This document shows, one piece after another, positions 30,257 to 45,286 of a DNA stretch of 64,000 nucleotides. Below the pieces are notes generated by a model that did no database searches, was not told the origin of the DNA, and saw only the letters and a program-made list of their open reading frames with translations. Every line of letters starts with the position of its first letter. Positions within the stretch are counted from its first letter, which is position 1. Both the position numbers and the translations under genes were made by a program. The DNA comes from Vermamoeba vermiformis (Eukaryota), in contig JBEWZL010000145.1 of NCBI GenBank assembly GCA_045837725.1, positions 372,001 to 436,000 on the forward strand. Reading direction: 5' to 3'.

Positions 30257-32550
30257 ATGCTTCAACCTTTGCACGGGTGGCTACGGAAGCGAGCCCGAGG
30301 ATCTTCTTCCTCAAAAACTCCTAAAAGGAGGTACCTCGTGCAAAAAGATAATCTATTGGAGTTATTCAAGAACGAGAGGCCCGGCGGTGTTGTAGTAGGA
30401 ATAATTGATTTGGAAAAGATTAACGAAGTTGTTCCTCGAGGCGAGAATGATTTTGACGTAATTGCGGTTAATAGAATATTAAAGGTACGTTGTTTTATCA
30501 TCCTATAATACCATTGTTTAATTATTAGTGGATTTATTTACGTTGGGAAATAATTTTGTTTGCGGATCGCGTTTATTAAAAATTATTCTAATTTTATACC
30601 AGTTCGAAGTTGACCCAGAGGGGGAAGGGCACGAAAATGTTGAATATTGGGTTCATGGCATTAAGCTATGGATGGACCATTTTCGGAAGAAATCACCCGC
30701 CTTCAAAGCTTTAGCTAAGGCTTCTCGGCACAAATCCCTTGAAGTGAAGTTCCAAATTAGCCCCAAGTTAATGCCAGTACCTCGTCGCAATAGTGACAAC
30801 AATCAAACCCGTCTACAAACTGCGACAGAATCTATTCTACCGCCACGACTTGTTTCAGATTCAAAGATCGACGAGGCGGAGGAAACTTCTTCCTTTGGAA
30901 GTGGCAGCCCTCACTCTCCCGAGAATAAGGACGACCTTAACATGGACGAGCAATGGTCCACAAGCTCAAGTAATTCCGTCACCCCGAGGCTGGATGCACA
31001 ACACCAGCCAGAAGAATTAGCCAAACAACTCGCTGGACGGCCCGTTTTTAAGCTTACAAAGAGTGCACCTAATTTATTAAGCAATATGGGCCCCGAGGAG
31101 ACAATGCCCGAGCCAATTATGTTGCACAAAAGCTCGCAAATGTCGGTTGTAAGTTTGACAGATCCGGTTTACTTTTTAAAGACTAACGCCAATATGAGTC
31201 CTATTTAATATAACTAATAATACATCATCGGCAATGCCAAATAACAGTGATACCTCTCTTACTAAATATGTATTTTACAGTTACGATTCTCCGACGCGTC
31301 AGGAACGACTTATTCACGAACGAGCGCGTATTCTTATGAAAATGACGAGTTATTGAACGTGATTAAAATGAAGAACGAGGAGATTCAATTGAAGACGCAA
31401 CAAGTACGAGAATTGCAGGAACAATTGGCGTTGTTAAAGGAGCAGATCGATCATCAAGTATCAAGTAACCAACAAATCATTACTGATAAGAGTAAGTTGC
31501 GTGTTTTGCGATTAATTACGGTGCTTAATTTGGCGGCGGATTTATTTTCGAAAGTTTTTTTTGGTTTGAAATGTTCGGTGTCTAAATATGGAGCTGACTT
31601 TCACGTTTTATCGATTAATTAACGATAAATTTACTCGCGCAGAGGAGAGACAGTTATGGAGAATTATTAAGGATGGCGATGAAGAAGAATTGAATCAGTT
31701 TTTTCACGATCCGGATTGCCTAAAGCGATCGAAGGCAATGCTTGATAAATGCATTCAATTGACACCGTTGCACCTCGCAGTCAGCGAAGGCAACGCTCGG
31801 TTGACGAAGACACTGTTGGATCGAGGAGCAAATGTCAACAAGACGGATAATTTGGGTACGGTTTTGCGATCCAAGCACACAAATAATTTTCGATTAATCG
31901 ACTTTGTGACTCTAGGACGAACAGCGTTATTGTTAGCAATCGAGACTCATCAAGGCAAGAAGTCATTGGAGTTGGTTCAAATTTTGTTGAAGGGTGGTGC
32001 GGATCCCAACAAAGGTGATTGCACCGAAGATGAATTTACTCCTTTACACGTACGTCCGACATAACCTCGAATATATGATCGTGCTAATATGCTCGTATAG
32101 GCTGCATGCTTGAGCGGCAATCTCGATAATGTTAAGTTGTTACTGTCAAGCGGCGCTAGCGGAACGAAAAGGGATGGTAAGTTTCGAACGAAGTTTGTCC
32201 GTTGTATTCTTTGCATCAATTTTGCAATGAATTCGGTATACTTATTACGAGTCTTGACCGTAGGGCGATTGAAGTGGACTCCTCTTCATTGGGCCGTAGT
32301 TGGTGGTAATCCACAAGTTGTACAGACCTTATTGACCCTTAATATACCTCTATTATCGGTACGTAGTGTTAATGCGGGTATAATTAAGGCACTCCTAATG
32401 TTTGGTTTGCGGCAGGTGAATGGAAAAAGTCCGTTGGATCTGGCTAAAGACGAGGAACATTACAACCCTCAAGTCGTAAATATGTTAATAAGCCACACGT
32501 TGCATATGAATAGGACACGAGGCAATGCTATGACGATACAGATGAATTGA
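30257..32550 (+). CDS. PH domain, coiled-coil and ankyrin repeat protein; multi-exon
   Basis: LHGWLRKR...KRRYLVQ...GIIDL...EYWVHGI (PH). TPLHLAV, TALLLA, TPLHWA and SPLDLA ankyrin repeats. Confidence 0.85.
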
Positions 32551-32817
32551 TGTGTCAAATGTGCAACAGCGTGGCAGCCTATGGAACACGCGTAAGAGCG
32601 ATAGTTCTAGTTTGAGCATTTTTGAGTTAATTTCTTGTAAATAACTGTTTTTATATGTATGATTGTTGGGCGGATAATTGGACCACTTGTAAATAAGAAT
32701 AAATAGTGTTAATCGGAAAATTAGGTGATCCGGATCTGACTGATGCGCTGAAGATAAGAGTGTCCAAAATATTATGACGAATGATTATGGTAATATTAAC
32801 ATATCGAGGGTTTATTA

Positions 32818-33379
32818 TTATTTGCGCTTAGGAGGTGCTGGTAGATCAGGGAACTTGGGAATTTCGAGACCAACGTGGTGAGCTTGCTTAACGAGGTATT
32901 CACGCTCATCCATCTTCTTCAAGTGACCATATCGATCTAATAAGCTCTATTGCGACAAAGCAGTTAATAAATGTCAAGCAGATCCAGCAAATGAAAATTT
33001 TTTGTCAAACGGATCTTCGAAAATATAATTTATTCTATGGGCATACAAATATTCTGCATAATATTGAACATAATTATTATACGTTAAATTGCAACACCGG
33101 CATTTTTAAAAATTACAGAAATTATTTTTTAGGATCGCTTACCAATTGTTCTTCAGCGGCAAGAAATACTCTAATAGTGTCTGTTCCATTATTATAGAGT
33201 TCAAATATTTTACTTTCTTCTTTTAGATTCTTATTATCTTTGAATTGCTTCGTAATGTATGGTTTGAGAAGTGCATCCTTGTTGCCAGGCTTAGTAACCT
33301 TGGTTTTGGCTAGTTTTAATAATCCTCTATATAAAGAGAGTACTTGGGGCTTTGAAATTGACAGTGTGGTGCTTGCCAT
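32818..33379 (-). CDS. LYR-motif (Complex1_LYR) mitochondrial protein
   Basis: QVLSLYRGLLKLAK...YITKQFKDNK; two exons. Confidence 0.8.
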
Positions 33380-33828
33380 TTTGATCTGTAATTAATAACT
33401 TTTTCGTTCAAACTCTTCAACACCCACGCCGCGCGACCACAATGGAACACCTTTTTTTCGTAGTATTATTAAACATATATCGCAGTATGTAGGGCTTCTC
33501 TTGCAAGGAAGTCTCAAGTTAGGAGAACGATTAGGAGTTGATCAGCACAAAAGTGACAATTTCATTTAATTCGGGACTACATAAAGGACGCGTAAGTGAC
33601 TTAAATAATAATAATAAGCAGGTTATTAAAATATTTAATTTTGTGGGTTGATCTTTCACGAGTTAATCCTGAAGGAATTATTTATTACAAACAATCGTCA
33701 TGATGAAACACTCGGCTTGAAGCAATTTGCACAATGTTAATAAACAATAATAATAATATTATTATTATCAACGGTTTATTACTTTAAATTATCGGTATAA
33801 TTGAGTCGCGCTATGCAACGAAATTTGA

Positions 33829-35942
<2,114 letters not shown>

Positions 35943-36138
35943 AGACCGTTTGAAAGCGCCAAACAATGATAAGTTCGACTTAATATGAACGGTAGTTTAT
36001 TACAGAATAATGTAACAACATATCAATAACATCGATTTATGCGACTACTACGTATTAGTTCCCTTATTATTGGAAACGTAAGGTTAGATCAGTACAAAAT
36101 TCAAACTCGTGGTCACTATCCAGGGTCCTAAAACATTA

Positions 36139-38526
36139 TTACTGACGAGTCCACTCAATCTTGTCGCTGTTAATGCTGGGCTCGCAGAATTCCCAGCGAT
36201 TATTCTTCGAATTATATCGTTCAAATAGGAGCAGCACTGCTTCTTTAGTATGAAATACTGCCTCACTAAAAGTATGATATTAATATATATTGATACCTAA
36301 CATTATTAGCGCATAGTATGACGTACTCGTTTTCGTAGTGGTCGGGCTCATCTACGATAATTTGTTGCAGATCGTTCGTAGTTAGTTGCCAAGCACTTCT
36401 TTTGGTTTGATCTGCATCCAAACCATCAAATAGGGCGTAAAGTGCTACATTCTGCTCGCCATAGCGATATATTTCGCTTTCGCTGTAGATCAGTGTAATT
36501 CGAAGTACCGGTTGTGGATGATCCGCCCTGAAACCAAAACGCATCCGTTAGTAATCGTCAAATATTAAGTAATGTTTCATATATGGACTGCATACTGAGT
36601 AAATGTGCGCAATTTCAGCTTGGCGAAAGTGGTATTAAACTTTTGCGCGGCATAGTTGTTGAGCTCGCTCAGCTTGATTGAAGTTTGCTGTGCTTTGGAG
36701 TCTTTCTAAGAACATACATATGGTTAATATAATATCTATAATAGGCGGCAATATACGTACGATATAGACGATGGGAACTTTGAGTTCTGGATTCGCATTC
36801 GGATGAGCGAAATCATAAACGGTCAAATTACTACAAATGATGTTACTACTTGATTATATAGATATATTAATACTACTTACTACGCATCTATGACGATTTT
36901 TCCATTAGGTGGCAAGTAAATGCTTGGATCGGAGTAAGGTGCTTTATCGTACCGGCAGTACAAGGTGGTGAGCAAGTTGCCCGAGGCAATGCCGAGTACA
37001 TAGTGGACAATATGACTACCTAATTCAACTCCAACGACTATTTTGGTTTTGTCGAACGCCACCGAACGGATCTGGGTTTAAAAAATAATTGATTTTGGAT
37101 CCGGATTCCAACTAAGAATTAACAAATAAAATACTTACGTGTCCTTTCGAGGGCAACGACTTCATATGCGGGGTCATATCAATCTCTCTAGTCTCTTTGT
37201 GCGCCGTTAAACTGATGAACTTGATCTTGTTTTTATCTCGGACGGCGATCTGGATCGATAATTGCCTTAGACTTCCATATCTTTGCATAAATTATCTTTG
37301 CAGGTGGAATTACCTCATCTTCATAAATATAAAAAGCTGCGTTCTTATAGTCTGAAGTGAGCGACTCGTGTTTCGAACTGTTCAGATCGTACGCTGTAAT
37401 TTTATCGCCGTGCCACGCGATCACGTAATTGCCCTAATATGGTAATATATCATTACTTGATCTATATTTATCATAATACTATCAATCTTACGTAATATCC
37501 GAGAATATTTTTCGCTTCAATTTTGCGTTCGACAGTCATCTTTGCAGTTTTCAGATCGTACACTTCCATCGTCAGTTTTTCTTCGGTCTTATCAATACTT
37601 TAACCATGCACCATTGTTATTATACGAATATGGATAGCAATGTTGTTTTAACTTACCTGAACGGAATATTGACCAAAAGAATTGAATTCTCATCTCGCTT
37701 TTGGTTGACAAAAAGATTAATTGTCTCGATCGGAGATGCATAGCCCCAGCCTCCATTATCAGGAGGAGGTATAGCCTTCGATTTTCGTGCTAAAATTAGC
37801 GCGTTAGACCACCTGCTAACGAAATTTCAGGTGCCGAAAGTGCACTACTCACAAATTTTATGCAAAGATTTGAGGTTCTTGTCTAGCACTTCCAACGAGT
37901 CCCAATCAAAGTAAGTATCGTTATTCTCTTTAAGACAATGCACTATATAGTCATTGGCAAAGAAACAGCCGTACGGCACTGAAGTTTTGGTCATCGTGGT
38001 CAGATCCACCATAAAGCCAGCTTTGTAGAACTTGTAATTGCCATACGACCTTTAGTAATACCATTAATATACTATAGCCGGGTAGTACTATAATGTTACT
38101 CACGTGGGGTTGATGTGGTGGTTGTTGACTATGACTTTATTGCCTTGGAAACTGGCCACGTACGAGAAATTAAATTTCGGTGAAAATTTGTTTGAAAGCA
38201 CTTCAGTCCACCACCTATAATAGTATTAGTATATTATAACATGGTATGATTATAAAAGGTCATCGTACAATCCTTTCAACATGTTTGCCCCGATAAGCGA
38301 GAGATTCGATCCCTAAAAATCGTTACAATTAATTTTACTATTTTTTTTTAAATAATGTACTTACATAAATGGTAGTTTGTCCCGTTTCGTACCACAGTTT
38401 GCAAGTAAGGATGAGAGAACGGTAAGTATCGAAGTCTACCGAGTTCATAAGCGAGAATATGAGTTCTGGAGGCAGAAAGCCGTTTGGACTAATAATATTA
38501 TCGAAGTTGATTTTTTTCTGCGGCAT
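36139..38526 (-). CDS. F-box protein with uncharacterised beta-rich C-terminal region; many short exons
   Basis: N-terminal FLPPELIFSLMNSVDFDTYRSLILTCKLW; repeated minus-strand GT-AG introns. Confidence 0.65.
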
Positions 38527-38979
38527 CCAAAAAAAAATTACCATTAATTTTGAGGATCAAGCTTTACAAAATTGTTGCGACAGTTTTAATATTTTTTAAA
38601 AAATAGTGAGTAATATTCCATTACTTGCTGGGTCTTAACTTGCTAAAGACCTACCTCGGATTTCGAAACGGATTCATGTCTTGAACTGCGATCATGATGA
38701 TCTCCGTGCGCAGATTTCCCTTGACCCATTGTGATTTGCACAGGCCTATTATATAATAATAATTACAACTGCGTTGTTGGTGAGTACTGTGTGATTCGGC
38801 GAATGAAATTTGAATTCCATTTTAAAGTTCTTTTGTGCACCACAATGAACGTCTTCATTGACGTTAGTAGAGAGGAAATGATATTTGTAGTGGATTTTTT
38901 TGTGATTCCAAAGGAACATTGACAGATCTGTTCGATCAGGGTCATTTGATTTTTCTAAGCCTTACTGTCACACACAAAG

Positions 38980-40504
38980 ATGGAGTATCGTCGTATGCCG
39001 ATAGAGGAGGAGTCACCCGAAGAGTTCGGATATGATTTAATAGAATGTAATCTGTCGGAAAGTTCTGTAACGGATGGAAAAGTTGCGGATGTCAAAGTAA
39101 GGGTTATTATGAGAGTTTTACAATTATAATCACGATAGATAATTAGTGTTAAGTGCATTATATCTATAGCTTGGAGATTTATCCTCTTTGGTGCTTTGCT
39201 ATGGAGATCATAAAGGTTTGCCCAAATTACGCGAGATCATCGCGAAGGAAGCAGGTAATTATTCATTATTTTAATAGAAAGATTACTAATATCATACTTG
39301 TAATCATTAATCTAAAGATATTTCAGGTGGATCATTGACATCCAACGACGTTTTAGCCACAACTGGTGCAGCTGGTGCTTTATTCATTATTGCTACCTCA
39401 TTGCTGCGTAAAGGGTAATTTGCAATTAATATTATACTCAGATCTAATTCGACCACCAAGGGATCACATGATCGTTGTTAAGCCAAACTATGCGACCAAT
39501 ATTGAGACTCCTCGCGCTATTGGTACGTCTAATTAGTATATTATTATACTAATGACCGATTAGGCTGCAATATTAGCTGTTACGAGCTTCAATTTGAGGA
39601 AGGATGGAAGTTCAACTTGGACAAATTAAAACAACTTTTGACACCTGCTACTAAAATCATTAGCATCACGACACCACACAATCCGACGGGTATGCCATAT
39701 ATAGTAATTTCATCGACCACGCGATTACTAACTTCGTTCATGAACGACAGGTGTTGTCATCGAACACGAGCAGATCAAAGAGATCGCTCAAATAATGCGT
39801 GAAATTTCGCCGCAATGCAAGCTATTGGTCGACGAGACTTACCACGGCATGAGAGTCAATGACGGAGTTGTTTCGCCGTCTGCTGCTATTTTAGGCTCAG
39901 ACGTCATTGCCGTGTCATCAATGTCCAAAACTTATGGTCTGCCAGGTGAGTCCAATTCGTCTAAATATGTTACGATGATCTAACGTACCTTGCAGGTGTT
40001 CGTATTGGCTGGATTATTTGCACGGACAAGGCCTTGATGAAAACATTTTTGGCCGCGAAAGAACAGATCTTTGTTTGCGGCAGTGTGATCGACGAAGAGA
40101 TCGCTTATCAAGCACTAGTTAACCAAAAGGCGTTATTGGATCCTATTAAGCAGCTTAGCAACGATAATTTTGCGACTTTGAAAAAGTGGATGTCGAACAA
40201 TCCGTACATTGAATGGATCGAACCTCAAGGAGGTGTGGTGTGCTTCCCGAGGATCAAAGAGAGCGTAAATCTCGATATTGAGAAGTTCTATAAGGTGTTG
40301 ATGGACAAATACAAGACTTACGTCGGTCCAGGTAAGATCTGATGAATCCGTTTGTTTTTGTACTGACCTAGATCTGGCTTAGGCCACTGGTTTGAAATGA
40401 GCAAGCGACATATGCGAATAGGATATGGATGGCCCACTCGAAATGCGTTCAAGAAGGGTTTGGAAAGTATTACTAAGGCCATTGAAGACAGCTTGATCCA
40501 CTAA
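38980..40504 (+). CDS. PLP-dependent aminotransferase class I/II, bacterial-like subfamily
   Basis: MEYRRMPIEEESPE, TTGAAGAL, PNY, TPHNPTG, VDETY and SMSKTYGLPGVRIGW; about seven introns. Confidence 0.9.
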
Positions 40505-40529
40505 CACTTTGAGACGAAAAACGAGAATT

Positions 40530-42372
40530 TTACCTTACTGTAACATCGGGAATAGTATTAATATTGTTCATATTCGTACTATTTGTTAAATTCATCGCTT
40601 GTTCTTGCATTATTTTTCGTTTTTTCCTCTTGCGTTCTTTGTCTTTCTGTCGCTTTCGTTTCTTTTTCAATCTCTTCGCTTCTTCAGCAGAAATAGTCGT
40701 ATTATTGGTCTCTACTATGCTATTATTCTCTACATTTTCTTTCATTTCGCTATCGATACTAAGCGATTTCTCTTCTTTTTCTTTCGAGTGAGTGGATGTC
40801 GAGCACTCTTTTTGGATGTGGTCTTTTAAGCAGTCAAAATCTATTTTTCTTACTGCCTCATCGTAGGTTCTAACAGGTAGTTGCGCATTGCTATGATCCT
40901 TGGACTTATTCGGAGACTTGACGAAGATCCGCCGTTTCACGAACGAGAAGTCAGGTTGCCAATCAACGTTCAGTGAAGCAGCTTTGTAATCGACCAATGG
41001 CTTATCTGATGCATCTAATTGATCTGAAAGAAGTTGATTCACGTCCTGTTGTGTCATGCTGCCTTGCCACATGTCATCGAAGCACGAGACACTTTGCAAC
41101 GTTTTTGACTTTGGGGAGGCTAACGGATCTTTTTGATCTTAAAAAGCTTATTAATTTAGATCCTAGATGAAAATAATGAAGACTTACTCAGGACAAAAAT
41201 TTTCACGGCCTCTTCGTACTCAGTACTTGCGGGCTTGTTAAATTTTTTAGGTTCATTCGTACGCGAGATTTCTATTAAAAATATTAATAAAGGCGACGAG
41301 TAGTATCATTTAAATATAATGAGTACTTGCCTAGTCTTGATCCAATTGTATTTACATTCAAGACATCGGTCAGTGCACGCAAGTTGTGTTCAAGACTGTA
41401 CAAACTGACTTCATCCAACTTCGTTGCGCTCAAGTTGAGTGACGTCAAGGAGGGGAGTTCTAAGTATAAGAGTCAGTATCTTAATGGTTGTACATAGTTC
41501 AAGGGTTATTTTAACGTGTCAAAGTGTCAAGCTAACGTGTTCTTACCTGCCCAACGAGTAATTGAACTGCTCGTTATTGCAGTGCCAGTAGCCACAACAG
41601 TGGTTAGACGTGACAATTTTGAGTCTGTAGAAGTCAAGGTAACAACACCTTGGTCGGTGATTTTTGTTCGTGAAAAATTGACGTGGATCAAGCGCGACAC
41701 ATCTATGTGTTGTTAGCACCTATTGCACACTCTAAATATATTTTTACGTACGTGAAACAACTTCCATGCAACTGTCATTGAAGTTGGTGTCAGCCACGTT
41801 GAGCTTTCGAAGTTTAGGCAGATCTTGAGGAAGAGACGGTTAGAGAATAGCCAAAGCAAGTGATATGCGCTTACGTTGCAATAATTCTTTGATAAAATTC
41901 GAAGAAAGTTGCGAGCATTTGCTAATGTCAAGAGAACGCAGACGAGAAAGATCTGGATCAGATGGAGGTGTTATAAGTGAGTTTGGAAGGTTCACAGATG
42001 TACCTTGAATATATTTAAGACCTTGTACGTCGAAATATTTACAGTTTGAGATGGACAGATGTCGTAAGTCAGGCAGATCTGCAAAATAAATCAAAATAAA
42101 TTACAATAATTCGTAGAAAAATATCACATACGCTTTAATAATGCTACCCCATTGTTATTCAGCTTGGTGTTATTGAAGTCAAGTGTTTTTACAAATTTGG
42201 GTATGTTTGATGAAAAATAATGCAGAGTTTGAGCTGGATCGTGCTGTTTTGACAAGTTGGAAAGAATAATAGACACCGCCTTAGCGTTCTGAAGGAGCGC
42301 TGGAACTACCTCTCTATTATTGAATACATATTGTGCGCAAATAAGTTTAAGCTGAGGTACGGCGCCATTCAT
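40530..42372 (-). CDS. Leucine-rich repeat protein with basic C-terminal region
   Basis: VPQLKLICA, LDFNNTKL, LRHLSISNC, LRSLDISKC and LTSLNLSATKL; KKKRKRQK NLS-like run. Confidence 0.75.
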
Positions 42373-42427
42373 TTGGAAAGTGAAATAATAAAAATTATTA
42401 TTTTTTATTTATCAAACGTAGAACACA

Positions 42428-43627
42428 ATGTACAGTATTACGAGGAGATTATTGGGTAATCAATCGTAAGTATTGATTATTGGCAAGATATTAGACGATG
42501 ATTATGCAACGGGCCAGATGTGATAAAATATTTTTTGAAATGACTTCAATAATTTAGGAAAAATATCTAATATATTGTATTATAGCCGTACATTGTTTAT
42601 TAAGACAAATGATGCGTTGCCAATTTTTTCTATGCACGGCTATGCAAAAGTCAAAGCACAAGCTCAATCCGACACCAAAAAGAAAGCTGAACCTCAAAAG
42701 AAAAAGAAGCAGTTGCCTACTATAACAGCTCCTCGTAAAGAGAAACCAAAAGTCAAAATTATTTTAACAGAAAACGTGCCTGGATTGGGCTACAAAGGAG
42801 AACATCTCGGTGTTGCAAAGGGATACAGCCGCAACTTTTTATTCCCCAAGGGCTTAGCTGTTCACGATACACCTCAAAACACAGCTGCATACGAAGAATT
42901 CACTAAGGTATTAATTATACAACGTACAAGAGTGAACCGGATTCGAGATTGGATCTGCTAAATTTATCAACGCTACTTTGTTGAGTCAACGTGTATTAAT
43001 ACCATATTATTTTATAGCAAATTGATCCTGATGCCAAGGAGAAGGCTAAACAATTACAAAAGGCTAAGAAGAAGTTGGCCAAGATCGTTGTTAATGTATG
43101 CACCAGATCTCGCTTATTTAGACCAACCTTCTGCACATAATTATTCATAATTAATATATTATTCGTAGATGAAACGAAAAGAAATGCCTGACGGCTCAAT
43201 GCACTCAAATATTACTGTCGAAAATGTTATGGAAAAATTGGCTAAACAACACCGGTAAGTGTCGACGCAAAGACTATGCCATATGCATGATATGCATATT
43301 CATATTGTTTTTATATTTAACCAATTGCTTGAATTTTGTTTGAAAGCCGGATCCAGATCCGCACATTTTCTACCTTTACACAGGCTTACCGTGCTATTGA
43401 TCGTTACAATAACCATATCATTATAATCTAGACGTGTCATATACGATATATACACATTACTATATTAATAGAGCAATTACTAATGTCAATTTTGTGTCAG
43501 ACTTGAGATTGCACGCGAGCAGATCCGTTTGGAAAATGGACTCATCACTACTTATGGCAAGTACCCCGCTGTTATCACCATTGACGGAGCGGAGGGTACC
43601 ATTACTATTGATGTTCAACGACGTTAA
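42428..43627 (+). CDS. MRPL9: Mitochondrial ribosomal protein bL9m
   Basis: VKIILTENVPGLGYKGEHLGVAKGYSRNFLFPKGLAV; presequence-like first exon MYSITRRLLGNQS. Confidence 0.88.
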
Positions 43628-44067
43628 TAGAGATATTATAATATAATAATCGTGCTCGAGATCCAGCGATCGAAAATGTTCCAAAATGATATTTAAAAAT
43701 TGTTATATAAACTCTCCTTAATTGAAATAGCTAATGATGAACACGATTTTGATATACGTAAGAACCATATAATAGCTTCAAGAATGATGATTGGAACTTT
43801 GTTTCAAGAACGTAGCTCAGATCTTGAGGAATATTTGGGCGGTTGCTGTTTCTATGCTCAGAATGTAGAAACAATAGCCATAGCTCGTATGATCATATCC
43901 CTTGACTAGTCACGAATGAAAGTTGACCCTGGACTGTCAAAGTATCAAGTTGCTGGAACCTTTTTTTATCCTGTATTTTTGGTAGTTGCGCACCACAACT
44001 CCCTATTTTCTTGTATTATATAGCCCCATATTAGTATATATTTAATACATCGTATACTTAACAGAGA

Positions 44068-45180
44068 ATGTACTTTGAGAAACAAAAGATCGACGAGGCT
44101 GGCGAATATTCAGTCAAGCTCCAGCAAATTATTATTGCCCTTTTCGTACGTAATCTAATATATAACATCATAATACTCCAATATGATTGCTATTAATAAT
44201 AATGATGCAATAGTATCAAACTAAATCCGTAATATTTCGTTTTTCTGACCGCGATTCTATTTAGTGCCTTAATATCGTGCAAATCATTTTCGATATTATT
44301 TTCATGGCCTACTCGCACAGCTTCCTTTGGTACTTCGTCTTCAGTAAGTGAAAATAGTGATTTTCGAATTTTCCAGGTGGACTCGGAAATAAATAATTAT
44401 CTAACTTGATTATAGGAGTTACGTTTTAATATTAGCTTTAATGATAATTAGAATTTGACACGGCATTAAATTCTAGAAGGTTCACAAATACTAACGATCT
44501 GATATTTTCCTGCAGTTATTTTGGCTTGGTTGTTGTTATTGATGGGATTTTTGGGTGCTAAAAGACGCGCCAGAGGTTCTATTACTGCTGTAAGTCTTAT
44601 TCTTATTGACGCCTCGTTTGACAGATCATGACACGAAGCAACTTTATCTCCGAATCTCTATTAACTTTATGATAATATAGTACGCCATTATCATGCTGAT
44701 TATTGTGCTCGTCAAAGCTATTGGTTGGTTCATTACGTTCATTGGTGTGCTCGTTGTTGGATGTAAGTTCGAACGGACCAGATCTGACCAATTGACTCGC
44801 AGTTACTAATATACTTAACACTACTAGTGTTTGGTCCTGCTTTCTTGCTTGCCTTCTTCTGGCTCGGCATCATCTTCGCCTTTATCGTGTTCATTTTGGA
44901 GGTACGTTCCAATGCTCACAAGATGCCACCTCGCACACTATTCGTTTGCCATTCCACACATTAATTTTACTTTTTGCAGATCATTTCCGTCGTTTACGCC
45001 TTCAGATTGCGTCGTCTTCTGACCACTCAAGTCGTTTACGTGACTCAACCTCAATCGACTTACATCCCGCCCACATACGGCCAACCTGCCACCACTTACG
45101 TCTACGTCACGCAGCCTCAAGCCCCTCAATACGTGACTCCGACTTATGTTCCTCCCGCGTACACTAGTTCTAACGTCTAA
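44068..45180 (+). CDS. Small multi-pass membrane protein with PPxY-rich tail; six exons
   Basis: Spliced hydrophobic exons followed by ...TYIPPTYGQP...TYVPPAYTSSNV. Confidence 0.7.
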
Positions 45181-45286
45181 TTTTGATTGATGAAATTAGG
45201 GTGCTAGTATCTTTTGTTTGATTAAGTAAAACAGCAGATCTGTCTGTTTTCTATTTACAATTTATTTACATCGTTTTTTTTTGTTA

